From Raillietiella orientalis (Eukaryota): a DNA stretch of 64,000 bases. Positions 24,338 to 36,308 of the stretch are shown here, piece by piece (positions within the stretch are counted from its first letter, which is position 1; each line of letters starts with the position of its first letter). The position numbers and the translations under genes are program-made. The notes under the pieces were generated by a model, which did not search any database, was not told the DNA's origin, and worked only from the letters and a program-made list of their open reading frames with translations. Location of the stretch: the NCBI GenBank assembly GCA_036172245.1, contig JAYWIR010000005.1, positions 1,364,001 to 1,428,000 of the forward strand. Direction: 5' to 3'.

Positions 24338-27300
24338 CGGGTGCTTGGAACGAGATCTGGACGATGGTATCACCGTTGCCCGCCTCGACTGCCTGCGGCT
24401 CTAGGAGGGGACGGAGGATGAGAGGGGAGGGGGTGCAGGTACGCAGTGTCGTCACCCTTTCAGCGAAGTGGCCGCGCTGCTGCGCAACCTGCGGAATACT
24501 CCACCGCGCGCTCGCCCTGTCGTTGGGAACGGAGTTGTCTGATGGGGAAAGTTCCAAGCTTTTCCACGCGACCGCAAGAGGGTACTGCGCCAGCTTGCCT
24601 CCGCCTCCCCGGCGCCGCCTTTCTCTCCCTGCCCTTCCCGTCCAGGGGATGAGGGGCAGGAGGTCGCCCTGGAGCCGGAACAGTGGTGCTTCCTCCTGCT
24701 CGTAGCGCGGTTCCTGTGCAGATCCTCCTGCTAAGTCGTCGCCGAGGAGATCTCAGCCTAGCAGCCGCGACGACCCCCAGACCGCGGAGCAGGGATGGGA
24801 TGCGTTGGTCCTCGGAAGGCCCTAGTCAAAGAAGGAGTGGGCAAGGACAGGATCAACAGGCACCTCGTGCCTCCGAAGCCCTCGGCGCTGCGAAAGTGGC
24901 GTCTCCTCGGAGAAACTTAGAACCCGAGGAGTGTGCGGCGTCGCCGAGAGAGGGAGGGCGAAACCGACAAGAGGAAAAAGCGGGAAGGAAGTGGGAAAAA
25001 GAGGAGCAGATCCCTGGGGGCTCCAGAGGCTGACCTCAGAGTAGAGATGCTGCAGAGAAGGAACGGCTGCAGATGGAAGAGGATCCCTTCAGTGCGGGAA
25101 GGATGCGGAAAAGGCGGATCCCCATGAGGAATCTGCGCCTCCGCTGCGAAACCGGAGTCGGGAGAGGTTGGAGAGGCGGGATGCGTTTCTACCTCCCTTC
25201 CCCTAGCCAGCTCCTCCTGGCGACGGGGAGCACTAAAAATAGGCGTTGCGCTTTCTCTACTCCAGCGCGTCTTCCACACAGAAGTGTTGCGCCAAGGTGG
25301 AGAGTGGGCGTTAACACGGATGGGCGGCTCGCGTTGGCTTTCCCGCCCGCGCCCTTTCTCAGCTGGCGCCCGCATCCTCGTGACCCCGATTCGCTTCCCG
25401 TGCGTTTCCTGTGTCGAGGCGGACTTCTGCTCGCGCTCCCCTCCGTGGATGAGCCGCCTATTCCCGCCGTTGCCTGGTGACGCGCGTCCGCTTCGTTCGC
25501 GGGAAATGGAGCAGCCGGGACACCGCGGCGCTTCCTGTACTAAGCGCTTGCCCCGCTCTCCGGTCAGCGCGGCATGGGGATCTCTCGTGGCCCTCCCATT
25601 ACCAGACGCGAGCGTGGTAAGCACCGCCGCTCCTGCACGCGGAGCGCTCCTCCCACAGCGGCCCCAGCAGCTTCCGTCGGAGAGCTTCGACTTGGAAGAG
25701 GCCCACGGGGGGGTGGAGATCCGACGGCTCCAAGGTGTCGCTTCCTCCTCCCGTCCCGACCTTCCCGGTCACTCAGGGGACGGTGCGAATTGCAACAGAC
25801 CCCGAGGTAGGCGCTGCATGCGGCGCGGCGGACGTACGGATCGCGCGAACGCCTTTTTTTTTTTTTTATTCATTGTACACTCGTGCAAAAGGAGGGAGGT
25901 CTCCTCTGCTAGGGGGAGACCGCAGGGGTCACTCCCACAGGTTCCTTCCCGCGGGAACCTCCCGCTCCCTCTCCTTTCCCCGCTTCCTCAGGGATTTTCC
26001 CGGGTACGCTCTCGGAGAAGGGCGAGGAGAAAAGCCCAATGGCGCATTGGCACTCCGCCCGAGGGCGAGGAAGGGCCTGCAGAGGAACCCAAGGGGGGAC
26101 AGGGAGCGCCTAGCGGACTCTGGCTCTCGGTCGCGTGACGCCGCGAGCGAGGGAGGTAGCTCCGCCCTGGTGGCCCAAGGGCAGCACGCCGGGAAAGGGA
26201 ATCCAGCAAGTGGAGCTGCCGCGCCCCAGACGATGGGCACGTGCAAAGCAGGAAGCGGCCCCTGCTTTCCTCTTTGAGAAGACGCTTCGGAGCGACCCCG
26301 TGTAGGAGTGGGGCACCAGCGTTCCCTGATCACCGCAGGAGCGGGCAGGGGGAGGTCCTCCACTCAAGGTGGCGCGGCACCAAACGAGCGGCGAAAAACA
26401 AAGGCCGAGAAAAATGAAAAAAAAAAAGAGACATCGCATGACTGGTGGGGTCATGCGGCCTGAGGAGGAGGTGGTCAGCTACATAGAGGATGCAGCCGGG
26501 AGTCCTGGGGCGTCGGACGGCGCAGGCGGTGCATTGCCGCGGGACAAGACCGCCTGCCGGCTCGGCACACCGTGGCAGGAGCGCCAGATAGCACTTCCTG
26601 GCGCCTTCCGTGCCTTGGCCGCACCACCGAGACGACGACGCGAGCGCCGCAGGGCACCTTCGCCGCGCGGAGACCCCGCCTCCGTGCCAGGAGGCAACAT
26701 CTGTCTCGGCCCCCCGGGGCGGGAGGGCGGCAGCTGGCCTCTCTCCCCCACTCTAGCCACCGCGCTGCTCCGGCTGGACGTTGCGGAGCGCCTCCGGGAG
26801 GCGCGCTGCTGTGTCCCGCGCCCACGTGAGTCCCCCAGTTCGGGAGATCATCCCTGGTGCGAGTCGTCGCCACGTCGGGTGTTCGGGCAGGGGTGGCGCG
26901 GAACGGGGCGCGGGACGAGGGCTGCCATCACCTGGAGCACGTGGCGTCGCCTGACATGGGGGCGGAGGCCACCGCAAGAACGGGAAGCTGCACACTGCGG
27001 TGTTCAGATGAAAAGGAGAAAAGGGCCGTTGGTGGACCGGCAGGAGGGGCGCCGCAGGGCAAGGGGAGGTGGTCTCTTCCTGCTCTGACCTCTTCTTCCT
27101 CTCGGAAAGGGAGAGGCATCGCAGGCTCCTCGGGGGTCATCCCGAGGTCCTTAGCACCACGCATGTGGATGCTGGATGAAGTGTACGTGGATGTACTGTA
27201 CCATCCATTTTGGACTTTGCACGAAGGGAGATGACCCGGTCCGCGTGCAGGGCGTTGCGCAGCCTCAGGCCACATCGTGACCTCGCCGAAAAACGCCCGG

Positions 27301-29839
27301 ATGGCGAGGCGCTCGCCGCTCGTCCTTCCGAAAGAGCTGCTGCCATCTGCACACGGCCCTCTAAGGCGGGAGGAGTGCGAAAAAGTGGTGCCCTCTAGGC
27401 GACGGGAAAGGGAGGGGTGGGAGGAAGGGGTCACAGGTGTTTCCCCACGTCTGGGGCTGTCCTCCCCGCGTGGCTGATGGTGCGCTCGTCCGAGAGGCGG
27501 CCGCAGAGGCTGCGGAAAGGTACCGGAGCATCGCCGCCCCCTCGATCTGAGGGGTTGGAAGAGACGCATTTCGCCCGCGCCCCCGGCACTCCGTCGTCCT
27601 CAAAGCCCCGTCTGCTCCGAACATCTTCCCAGGGTTGGTAACCCCGTCTCCTACCCTTGACCCACCCCTTTCTGACCGGAGGCAGTGCCGAACACACCGC
27701 GACGCGTCCCCAGCCGCTCATCCGAGGGGAGGGAGCAGAGCGCGCCCTCTTCCTGCCTCCAAGATCCATCGCGGCGTCTCCGCCTTCCCGGCTGTCGGCA
27801 TAGCTCCCGTCTTCTCCCTTTCCCCGCCACCTGCTCACCACCTCCTACAGGGTTCTGCCCCAAAGGGCGGGTCCCTACTGCCCCGCCTCCTGTTCGTGGA
27901 CAGGGCCACGGCGCTTCCAGCTGCCTCCACCAGGGGCGGAGCGTCTCTGCTCAGAGTGAGGGAGCGATGCTCGCGCACCGGGAAGGGTGCGTCGTGGTGC
28001 CTCCGGCTGTCGCCTTAGCAGCCGACGAGGAGACGGAGAAATCGTTCGGAAAGGGAGGGGGATCACTGCAAGCTCCCTCCCTCCTCCGCCTCTTCCTTTC
28101 CTCGCTTCCTCCCTTTTTTTCTCTTCCCTCCATTCCTCCTTTTCGTCTCCCCTTAAAAGGCAGGGACAGATGTCATAAGAGTGAGGTGCAGATAGATGAG
28201 GCGTTCTCATGGCGATGCGTTCCGCTGAGCTCTGAACTTTGGTGAAGGCGGTGACACTCTGTGCAACCGTGCAGGCAGGGGTGCTCACCTTTCGCCCTGC
28301 AGAGGGCGGGTCGATCCAGCACCGGCTCTGCTCGCCGATGACGTCACCGCGCCTCCGAAAACCCCTGACCAGTGGAGATAATTCCGAGCTGCCTTCCCAT
28401 CGGCACGTGAAGCTGACGAGACGCACGAAGGTGAGAAAGCAAGGCGGAGGCTGGAAGGAAAAAAAGAAGAAAAACGCGCGTGCGTGCGCCCTCGCACGAA
28501 AACGACACGCGGTCTCACCTCTCGGGTCATCCCTCAGCTCAGAAACGTCAGAGGTCTGAAATATGGGGATCTCGACAGCCTCAGGGTTCGATGCGCGCGC
28601 TCCCAGATGATCGTCTTCGCTGGATGGGAAGGGGGGGGGGCAGCGGCCATTCCGGCGTGACGGATGGCGACGATAAATCCCTTCTCGGCACTTCGGCTGC
28701 TGCCGTGGACGTCTCCGTGGTTGCAGATCAATAATGACCGTCCGCGAGATGGCGCGCGGCAATCGGAAGGCAGGAGGCAGCCGGGTTCAGGCAGCAGCCA
28801 GCAGCAGCCGCCGCACCGACTTCCGAGGGTGCACGAGGAGCGCTGCCACTGCTGCGCGCTAGCCACCCACCTTCCGGTCGAGTCTCTCGTCCCGTCCTGC
28901 CCTGGAGTTGCGTCGCCTCCGCCCCTGGAGGCAGCGGACGGTGGCACCATCTCCTAGACCCAAGGGAGCCAGACGCTCCGAGCCTCCGCAGCATCCGAAC
29001 GGATGGAACGCTTCCTGGAGACGAAGCGCTTTCGTGCCTTCCCTCTGCCCCTTGATCCTCCCCAAGTCGGGAAGTCAAGGTGGCGGACGCGCCCCAGCCT
29101 CTGCCGGAACAGCGGTTGCCGGTTAGCAGCGATTCCACTCGGATCGTTGCCGCAGAGGACCTTCGCAGGAGGAGAATTTCGATCTCGCGGTGGCGGCATC
29201 TCCATCTGCCTCTCACGGGCTGCTGTCACGCTGCACCGAAACGACAGGGATGGACCAATCCGTTCGTTCCCTAGGTGGCAACCGGATCTCCGGCGGAGAG
29301 AGAGAGATCCCCCCCCCCTCAATCATGTGACGCATGCGCCTCCCTCCCCGACGGCGATCCGATCTTCGGTGGCGACTCCCTCTCTTGCGTTGCGTGACTC
29401 ACACCCGCTCGCGCCTGTTATCAGTGGGTGCAGGGAGCCCCCGCGCTAACGGAGACCTCCCTCCCTCTCTTTCCTACTTGCCCTCTCCTTCTCGAACGGG
29501 GAAGATCTCGTCCAGCCAATCAGCTGCAGACGGAGGGCTCCCAACGAAGGGGGAGGGGGGGGGGGCGAACCGAGGAGCAAACGGGCGCATGTCTTCCGCC
29601 GCTTTCCCCGCAGGACTGTCTTAGGGAGGCTGTCCTTGTGAACGCCGTGTAGATTTGAGTTCGAAGGTAACCCGGAAACGATCCTCCATCAGGAATTTCT
29701 TCTCCGGAGGGAATTCGAAAGGGAACCGCTCCTGTTTACTCCGATGAGAACAGCACTTCTTCCCTGGGTTCCCTCGACGGGGAGGTCGCTGCAGCAACGC
29801 GGGGGAGCGAGAGTCGTCTTCCTCTCCGCCCGCTCTGGT

Positions 29840-30295
29840 GGCCGCGCGCGGAGGCACCTGGAGCCACAGGTTCGAATCCCCACGTGGAGGATTCGGCGCC
29901 GAAAATGTGGGGGCTCATCGCAGGTTTCGATTCCCTCCCGCGAAATGACTCTGGTTGCGGCTTCGACTGGCCTCGGATGCGGCACAGGTGATGGAGACCG
30001 GAGGTCTCCGCTGACCGACTGAGAGCCCTCCAGGTCCTTCAAGGGATTGAGGAGCCCTTCGAGGTTTCCCTCGTTGTGAAAAGGGAGCCGATTGATGCCC
30101 CCGTTTGGGGGGGGGGAGGTTGCCTCCCCTAATTGCAAGAAGCTCGCTGTTCCCTTCGGGGTTCTCTTCCGGAGAGGGAACCAGGAGCGGATGCCTTCCG
30201 GGTTCCCTCCGGTTCCTTGCAGGATTCCCCCTGCATGGGGTCTCTCCGGAGAAGAAACGAGGAGGAGGTTCCCTTCGACTGCTGGCGTGGACGTA
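29840..30295 (+). repeat. Copy 1 of a composite repeat of about 0.5 kb (GGTTCGA-containing head plus degenerate ~40-bp minisatellite)
   Basis: catcgcaggtttcgattccctcccgcgaaatgactctggttg (about 29916-29957) matches catcgcgggttcgagttcctcccgccagatgactctggttg (about 31200-31240). The downstream ttcccttcgggg..tccggagag units are also shared. Confidence 0.7.
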
Positions 30296-31129
30296 AGCAG
30301 GATGGACCACTTTCTTCTCCGGAGTCTTTCTGGTCCCCCACGGGTCACCCCCTACAAATCAAAAAGGTCCGAAGGCAGTACCAGCGCCAGCGAGCGCTTC
30401 CTTCCTCAACCGCGGCCATGCCCGCGCGACGCCCGCCCGAATCCACGGCGGGAGCCGTCGCGCCACTGCCGGGAAGAGGCGACGAGCCCGTGGCCGCGGG
30501 GCTCATGCCATGCAGTCCAGGAAGGAAAAAAAGGGAGGAGTGAGGAGGATAAACCGCGCGCCCTAGTCGCGGACCCGTCTCTTCGCAGGGTGGAGGAAAA
30601 GTATATAGAGATTTTACATGACTATATAACTCATTTTTCTCCAGCTTCTAACCCCTCGAGAGCGCAGAGTCCCTGGAAGCCTCTGCAAGGACAGGAGGTC
30701 GGTTGGGCCGCCGAGCGGTCTTGTGACCGTGCGCGGTCGGGCACGGCCCGAGGCAAGGGAGGAGGAGGATCCGGTCCAATAACGTCAGCCTGAGCTCGAA
30801 GAAATGAGCTGCGAGGCAAGGCGTGGCCAGAGGAGGGAGGCGGAAGTGGACCGAGCAGGAGGAGGGACCTCGAGGATGGGACTGGGTCGAAGGCGCCCAT
30901 CGGAGGGGCAGAAAGCACCTCCCTAGATGAAAGGCCCCGATGCCTCGAGGTCGCGGAGGCAATCACAGCCGGTTGGGAGCGGGGGTGCGCCCTTCCGATG
31001 CCTGGAACCCGATCAAGAACATCACTAAGACCTTTTCGCTTCTCCTTTCCTTGAACCGATGTGAACAGGAAGAGCGGAAGCACGTTGGCCGTCGGCAGGT
31101 GCCCACGTCGGAGACCACGTGGCTGCTGA

Positions 31130-31690
31130 GCTCCGCGCGTGGCACCAGCCGAGCGTCGCGAATACTCAGCAAGAATCGACGCCTAGAGATGGGGAGCTGC
31201 ATCGCGGGTTCGAGTTCCTCCCGCCAGATGACTCTGGTTGACCTGCATTCATTCGGGTGCGGCGGTAGAGGTTCAAACCGGATACCCCCGATGGGGGCCG
31301 GGACAATGGGAGTCGACCTCCGGGTCCTCACAGGAATCAAGGAGTGAGAGTTCCCTTCCGGTTGTGCGAAGGAGCGGACCACCCAGTTTTGGGTACCTCT
31401 CCCGGTCGTTCTGATGGAGTAGGTGTGTCGCCACCTCTCCAGAGTGCAGAGAAGAGTGCCTCTCCCTTCGGGTAGCGCCCTCCAGAGAAAATTCAGAAGC
31501 GTCCCTTCGAGGTCCTCTTCAGAGATGGAGGAAATCAGGAGCGGTTCCCTTGCGGGTTCCCTCCAGAAAAGAAAAAATGGAGCGGACCCCTCCAGGGCTC
31601 CTTCCGGAGAGAATAAGAGAGGAGATTCCCTTCGGAGGCAACCAGGGTGGAGCGTTCCCTTCGGGGATCCCTCCCCGGGGGTCGCAGCTC
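31130..31690 (+). repeat. Copy 2 of the composite repeat; about six ~40-bp tandem units at 31460-31690
   Basis: Units of the form gcg(g)ttcccttcgggNtccctccagagaa start near 31460, 31499, 31541, 31582, 31622 and 31652; the head is homologous to copy 1. Confidence 0.7.
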
Positions 31691-34600
31691 CCCGAGTCCA
31701 GATCACCGAGCCTCCGGAGAAGATTCCAGCCGCAGGGTTCGATCCGACTCGTGAGGATGCATCCCGAACCTTCCCGAAGCACGAGGGGCAGCAAGCGCGT
31801 GGGAGCAAACCGATCTCCTCATTGAGACGGCGGAAGAGGGTGATGGTGTCCGAAGGAGCCTCGGTACGCATTGGAGCTCTGTAGAGGCACGCTCACCTGT
31901 TGTAGCCATGGGATACCAACGTAAGAGACAGCAGCAGCTGGCGGAATCCACAAGCGGCCTCTTGCGCGCGGCAGCAGAGCGAAGGAGGCAGCACAATGGA
32001 CTTCAGGGAAGCTGCCCTCAAACCTCAAGGGCTGCTGGGATTCCAAACCCATCAAAAATGATCTTCGAAAGGCCCTCACAAGAAACGAAGATGCGCTGAC
32101 AGAGAGAAAGAAACGTCTCTTGAAATGAAATTTCCATTGAGAAGACGACATGAGTTAAAAACTGGAACCGTTTTTCTTCTGGTTGTCTTGCCGAAACGTT
32201 CTTCCGGGGACCCATGCCTGTGCACAGTTGTAAGCAGGGCCGCTTCCATCATCTGCAAGGACAGAAATACACCCATTTCAGAGCGCTTTCGTTGCTCCCC
32301 CTCGTTTTCATTTCATTTGCTGCATTTCGTTTTTTAAATAGAAAAAAGAAAAATAAATAAACCAATAAAAAAAACACACACACACATAGTCTTGCCAAGC
32401 CTTCAAATATCTTGCAAATTTATTTTATCGCCTAATTTTCTGAGCAATCTATATAAGCGAAAGCAGAAAAGAAATAGAAAAAGAATCACCGACACAAAGA
32501 ATCCTGCCAATCCTCAGGGGGTCCGCAACCAAAGTTGAAACCCCTCGACAAGTGTTGCCGGCTTTTTGCTACCGAGACCTCTCACGCTGGAAAATCTACG
32601 GATCAGTAGCCCTCAGATGCAGCCTGATGGAGCACCAGCTACCATCTCCAAAGAGAAGCGTTAATCAAACTGCGATCATCCCATCCACCTCCATCGAATT
32701 GGAATGATCGACGCTGTGGTTCTGTCGAAGCTGAGATTTGAGGGATTTCCTTGGACGGTAGCCACACCCTGCTGGTTAAGAAGCCATGGTTTGGAACTCA
32801 ACACGAAATGGGCGTTCTGATCTCATTAGAAGCTGCAGTCTTCGAGGGACTGCTTGCAAAGTGATATCCCATTCCTCAAGAAAAAATGACTTCCATCTAA
32901 TGATGCAGAGAAACCAGCTGCCTCGTGGCCATCGTAGCTTTTTTTTTTTTTTTCCTAACACTTTTTCCTGGTTTTTCCTGGGTGCACTTTTTTTTTTAAA
33001 AAAAAAGAAAAAACATTTTTATAGGACACGGAAAATGTCCCTTGAAAAGGGAACTCAGAAATTCAGAAACGGTAAATCAACGGCACTCACACTTCGTGGC
33101 AAATAAAGCAGGAGGGGATATACATGATTGGAAGGACATCCTTGCTGTGAAGTATGGAGCTTTAGAAGCTCCTTCGCCCCGTATGTGAAAACAAAATTGT
33201 GCATCTGTACTTGCTCAAGCTGATTCTGATCCAATTTCACAATGCTCGCGATGTATTTTATGTGAGACACCTTCAAATGTGGATTCGTCATTACCAGAAT
33301 GTGGGGAAAAGAGTTCGCAGGGCTCAAGAGAACCATTATGAAATGGTGGCTAAAAGATGGCCGATGTGTGGAACGCACGTAATTCTAGGAGATACTGAGG
33401 CTGCCCATTACGCCTCCCCAGTCGGTTACGATTCGGTTTTCCTTGGAAATGCCTCAACACGAGGTTTGGACGCCCCTGAAACCGGGATTCAGCCGAGAGT
33501 TATGACGACTTGATAGCATTGCCAGCAGGGACAAACGAAGAATGCAACAGACGCGTCATCTAAAAATATGACTAGACGAGTGAATGTGTGTGACTAATTT
33601 GATCTCGTTCCCATTCGCGTCCTGTGGCTAAATCTCGTCGCACCAACTGTTGGTACATTCTTTCGGTTCCTCCTCCCCCCCCTGGGAGCCCACACTCTGT
33701 TCGGTTGCCCCGGATGCGTGTCCAGAGTTGAAACCACATCAAGCCCGACACAGCTCGCTCCCAAAGTGAACTTGGGGTTGAGGCCGGCCTGATGCAGGTG
33801 CATTCCGCGAGCTCGTCTCGGAAAGTGTCAACGAGCAACGTCAGCCCGCAGACATCTGCGGAAGACTTCAGGTACCGAGGCGCGCGAGAGAACCTAAATT
33901 TATGCAAAGACTGCGCACATCGAACCAAACGGCAGTTGCATCTGATGCATTTGAGGTTATGCAGCTCTCATGGGCGTGACTCTCTCTCGCTATCCACGTA
34001 CCTTCCAGACTGGGAGCAGATACCAGCATCGAGTTGTGTTTGAGGACTGTCCTTTCTCCGATCCAGTTATGCTTTCCCCATAGTTTTTTTCCTTCCGTTC
34101 ACGCCGTGGAAAGGCAGGACAGGGGAAAACAAAAAGATTTTTTTTTGCCTCCGTCGAAGCTTCTCATTCGAATGAAACGTAATATGCGATGAAAAGATAA
34201 GGAGTGGTTTATATTCCTAAATTTATCTTTTTGTGCTTCTTCTTTTTTTTTTTTTTTTTCGAGTTAAAATACCTTTTAAAGGTGTTGGGACTGGAAATGG
34301 AAAAAAAAAAAAAAAGCATGTTGTAACGTGGATGGCCTGGCAAAACAAACAAATTCCTGCTCGACGCGGAATTGCAGTTTGTGGCTGCCCAGAGTGGAAA
34401 GAAAGGCATTGCGGCTGGTAAACTGCAAGCGTGACGCTTCTTGCGTGGGGTCTCCGTCGTCGCGTGCAGCTCCAAGATGATTTAATTCATCGTGATGCAA
34501 CCGAAAGACGCTTTCCTTTTTTTCTTTTTTTCTTTTCAATACACAGCGGAGGCTATCGTGGCTCGGCTGCCATCGTCCTCGATACAAATTTTTTTTTTTT

Positions 34601-35215
34601 TCCTTTCCACCCCCATGCTGCATTGCTTGACAAGCGTGATCACCATCAGCACGGCAATAGTAAGTAGTTGGTTTGAATGGAAAAGCTCCTGGGGCGATGG
34701 ATGGTCAAAATGGTCTCGCGTGAACGCGAGCAAATCAGCTGTTCAGGAGGAGAAGAGAAGAGAAGAAAACGCAGCAGCAGCATCCATTTGGACCCATTCC
34801 CTACTGCTGCTGCAAATCGGGTTAGTGGTGAGGCACACACACGCAGAGGGACAAAGCGAAAGTCGATCCAACGGGAAAATGCCGTCCGTGCCTTGATGCT
34901 GCGCAAATTAGGAAAATCGTTTTCTCCCAGAACCGTCTTCTTTCTTTTCTTCATCTTCCACCTCCTCCCCCTCCTCCCTCCCTCCCTCCCTCCCCCCCTC
35001 CCTTGTTTCGAATGCCCGCTCGTTCGGAAGCACCCGTGAAAAATGAAACAGTTTTTCACGTATGAAATAATAATGCGAAGCACCGTGAAGAGTCTCAAAG
35101 TGTGAAAATCTTTCCAGCAAAGCCGAGATCCACGGTGTTTTCCGAGATCTGGAACGCGACCCTCGGTTAAAAATTGGCAGCGCAATATCCTACTTAACGG
35201 TGGACTGGTTATACA

Positions 35216-36299
35216 ATGGACTCAATAATTTGTGTATCACTCGCGTGTGCATTTATTTTGTGCCTCATTGCACTGCTGACTCTGTGGCTCAAAGCTTGTG
35301 GTTTGCTGAGTGAAATAATCATAAGTGCTGGGCACCCACCGTTCGGTGAACTAACGATTGCTTACAAGTTTGCCAAAGGACGTTACAAAACTGCAAGAGA
35401 TCTTATTAAGGAAGTGACTACACTTGTACCACATCTTCAGAGAATTGGAATATATTATAACGATGTGAAGCACGTGAGTTTTGCCATTTTATACGAATGA
35501 AAACGTTGAACGTTTTGAGTGCCGTTGATTAAAAAAAAAAAAAAAGAAAAAAAAGTCATTGGGAAACTGGTGATCAGATAGACAGAGTAGCTAAATTGAG
35601 AAGGATGTGTAATAATGAAAGCAATGAAAGAGAGAGAGAGAATGATCTGATCTGTTTACATATGGATTCTATCATTTCTTAAAAATTTTATTATTGAGAC
35701 TGTGCATCCTAGTTGCAGGTGCCTACTAATCACCTTGGTTATGCTGTAGGAGCAATACTGAGCAGGGGATTGCAATTAGTATCAGAACATGACAAACAAC
35801 TGCTAATTGCTCATGGCTATAAGCTTTTCAAGATTCCTGCAGTTACTCACATGGTGCTCACAACTTTTCCATACACAGGAAGCTTGTCCCTGTTTATAGC
35901 AGTACTCCGTGTTTATCCAAAGCTTGCTGCATATATTGAAGTCAGTAATAATTAGCCAGCACTGGCCTGATTGTCTCCTTTTAGGAAAAGAATTTATGTG
36001 CTCACCCATTTTTGGAGATTTTTAGCCCAGGAAAAATCCAATTTTTGGCCCCACTGAGCCAGCAGGATGAATTTTATGTCCCAGAAACCCAAATTGGGAC
36101 AGATGTAGAAGAATTAGAATCACACAGATCTGCCACTGATTCTGACTCATTACAAGGAAGTGAAGATCTGAGATCAGCAGATGAAGAATTTGCTTCTCGT
36201 GCTCTAGATACCCCAACAAAAGATGAGGAGAGCAATGGCTCCACGTTTGAAGTTGTGGAACTTGCAGACCTCACCAGTCAAATCAATAGAAACGAATAA
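35216..36299 (+). CDS. TEX264: TEX264 homologue (ER-phagy receptor; N-terminal TM, GyrI-like domain, C-terminal LIR); exons 35216-35473, 35719-35940, 35985-36299
   Basis: Hydrophobic N-terminus, then GLLSEIIISAGHPP..TIAYKF..G.Y, IGIYYND, YAVGAIL, TFPY..SLFIAVLRVYPKL, LCAHPFLEI and PLSQQDEFYVPE. Acidic tail with STFEVV (LIR-like). Introns GT-AG. Confidence 0.9.
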
Positions 36300-36308
36300 A
36301 CATGTATA

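Noticed and set aside
916..24373. Many long antisense or alternative-frame ORFs over perlecan (e.g. 1065-2240, 9975-11021, 20029-20898)
   Set aside because: Expected shadow ORFs of GC-rich coding DNA; no recognisable domains.
29860..29900. tRNA gene suggested by GGTTCGAATCC
   Set aside because: No A-box at the right distance and no acceptor or anticodon stems; treated as part of a repeat.
31460..31690. CRISPR-like repeat-spacer array
   Set aside because: Units are degenerate along their whole length, with no unique spacers, no cas genes and a eukaryotic context.
24400..31900. Numerous 100-300 aa R/G/P/S-rich ORFs
   Set aside because: Composition mirrors high GC, with no motifs and no consistent exon chain.
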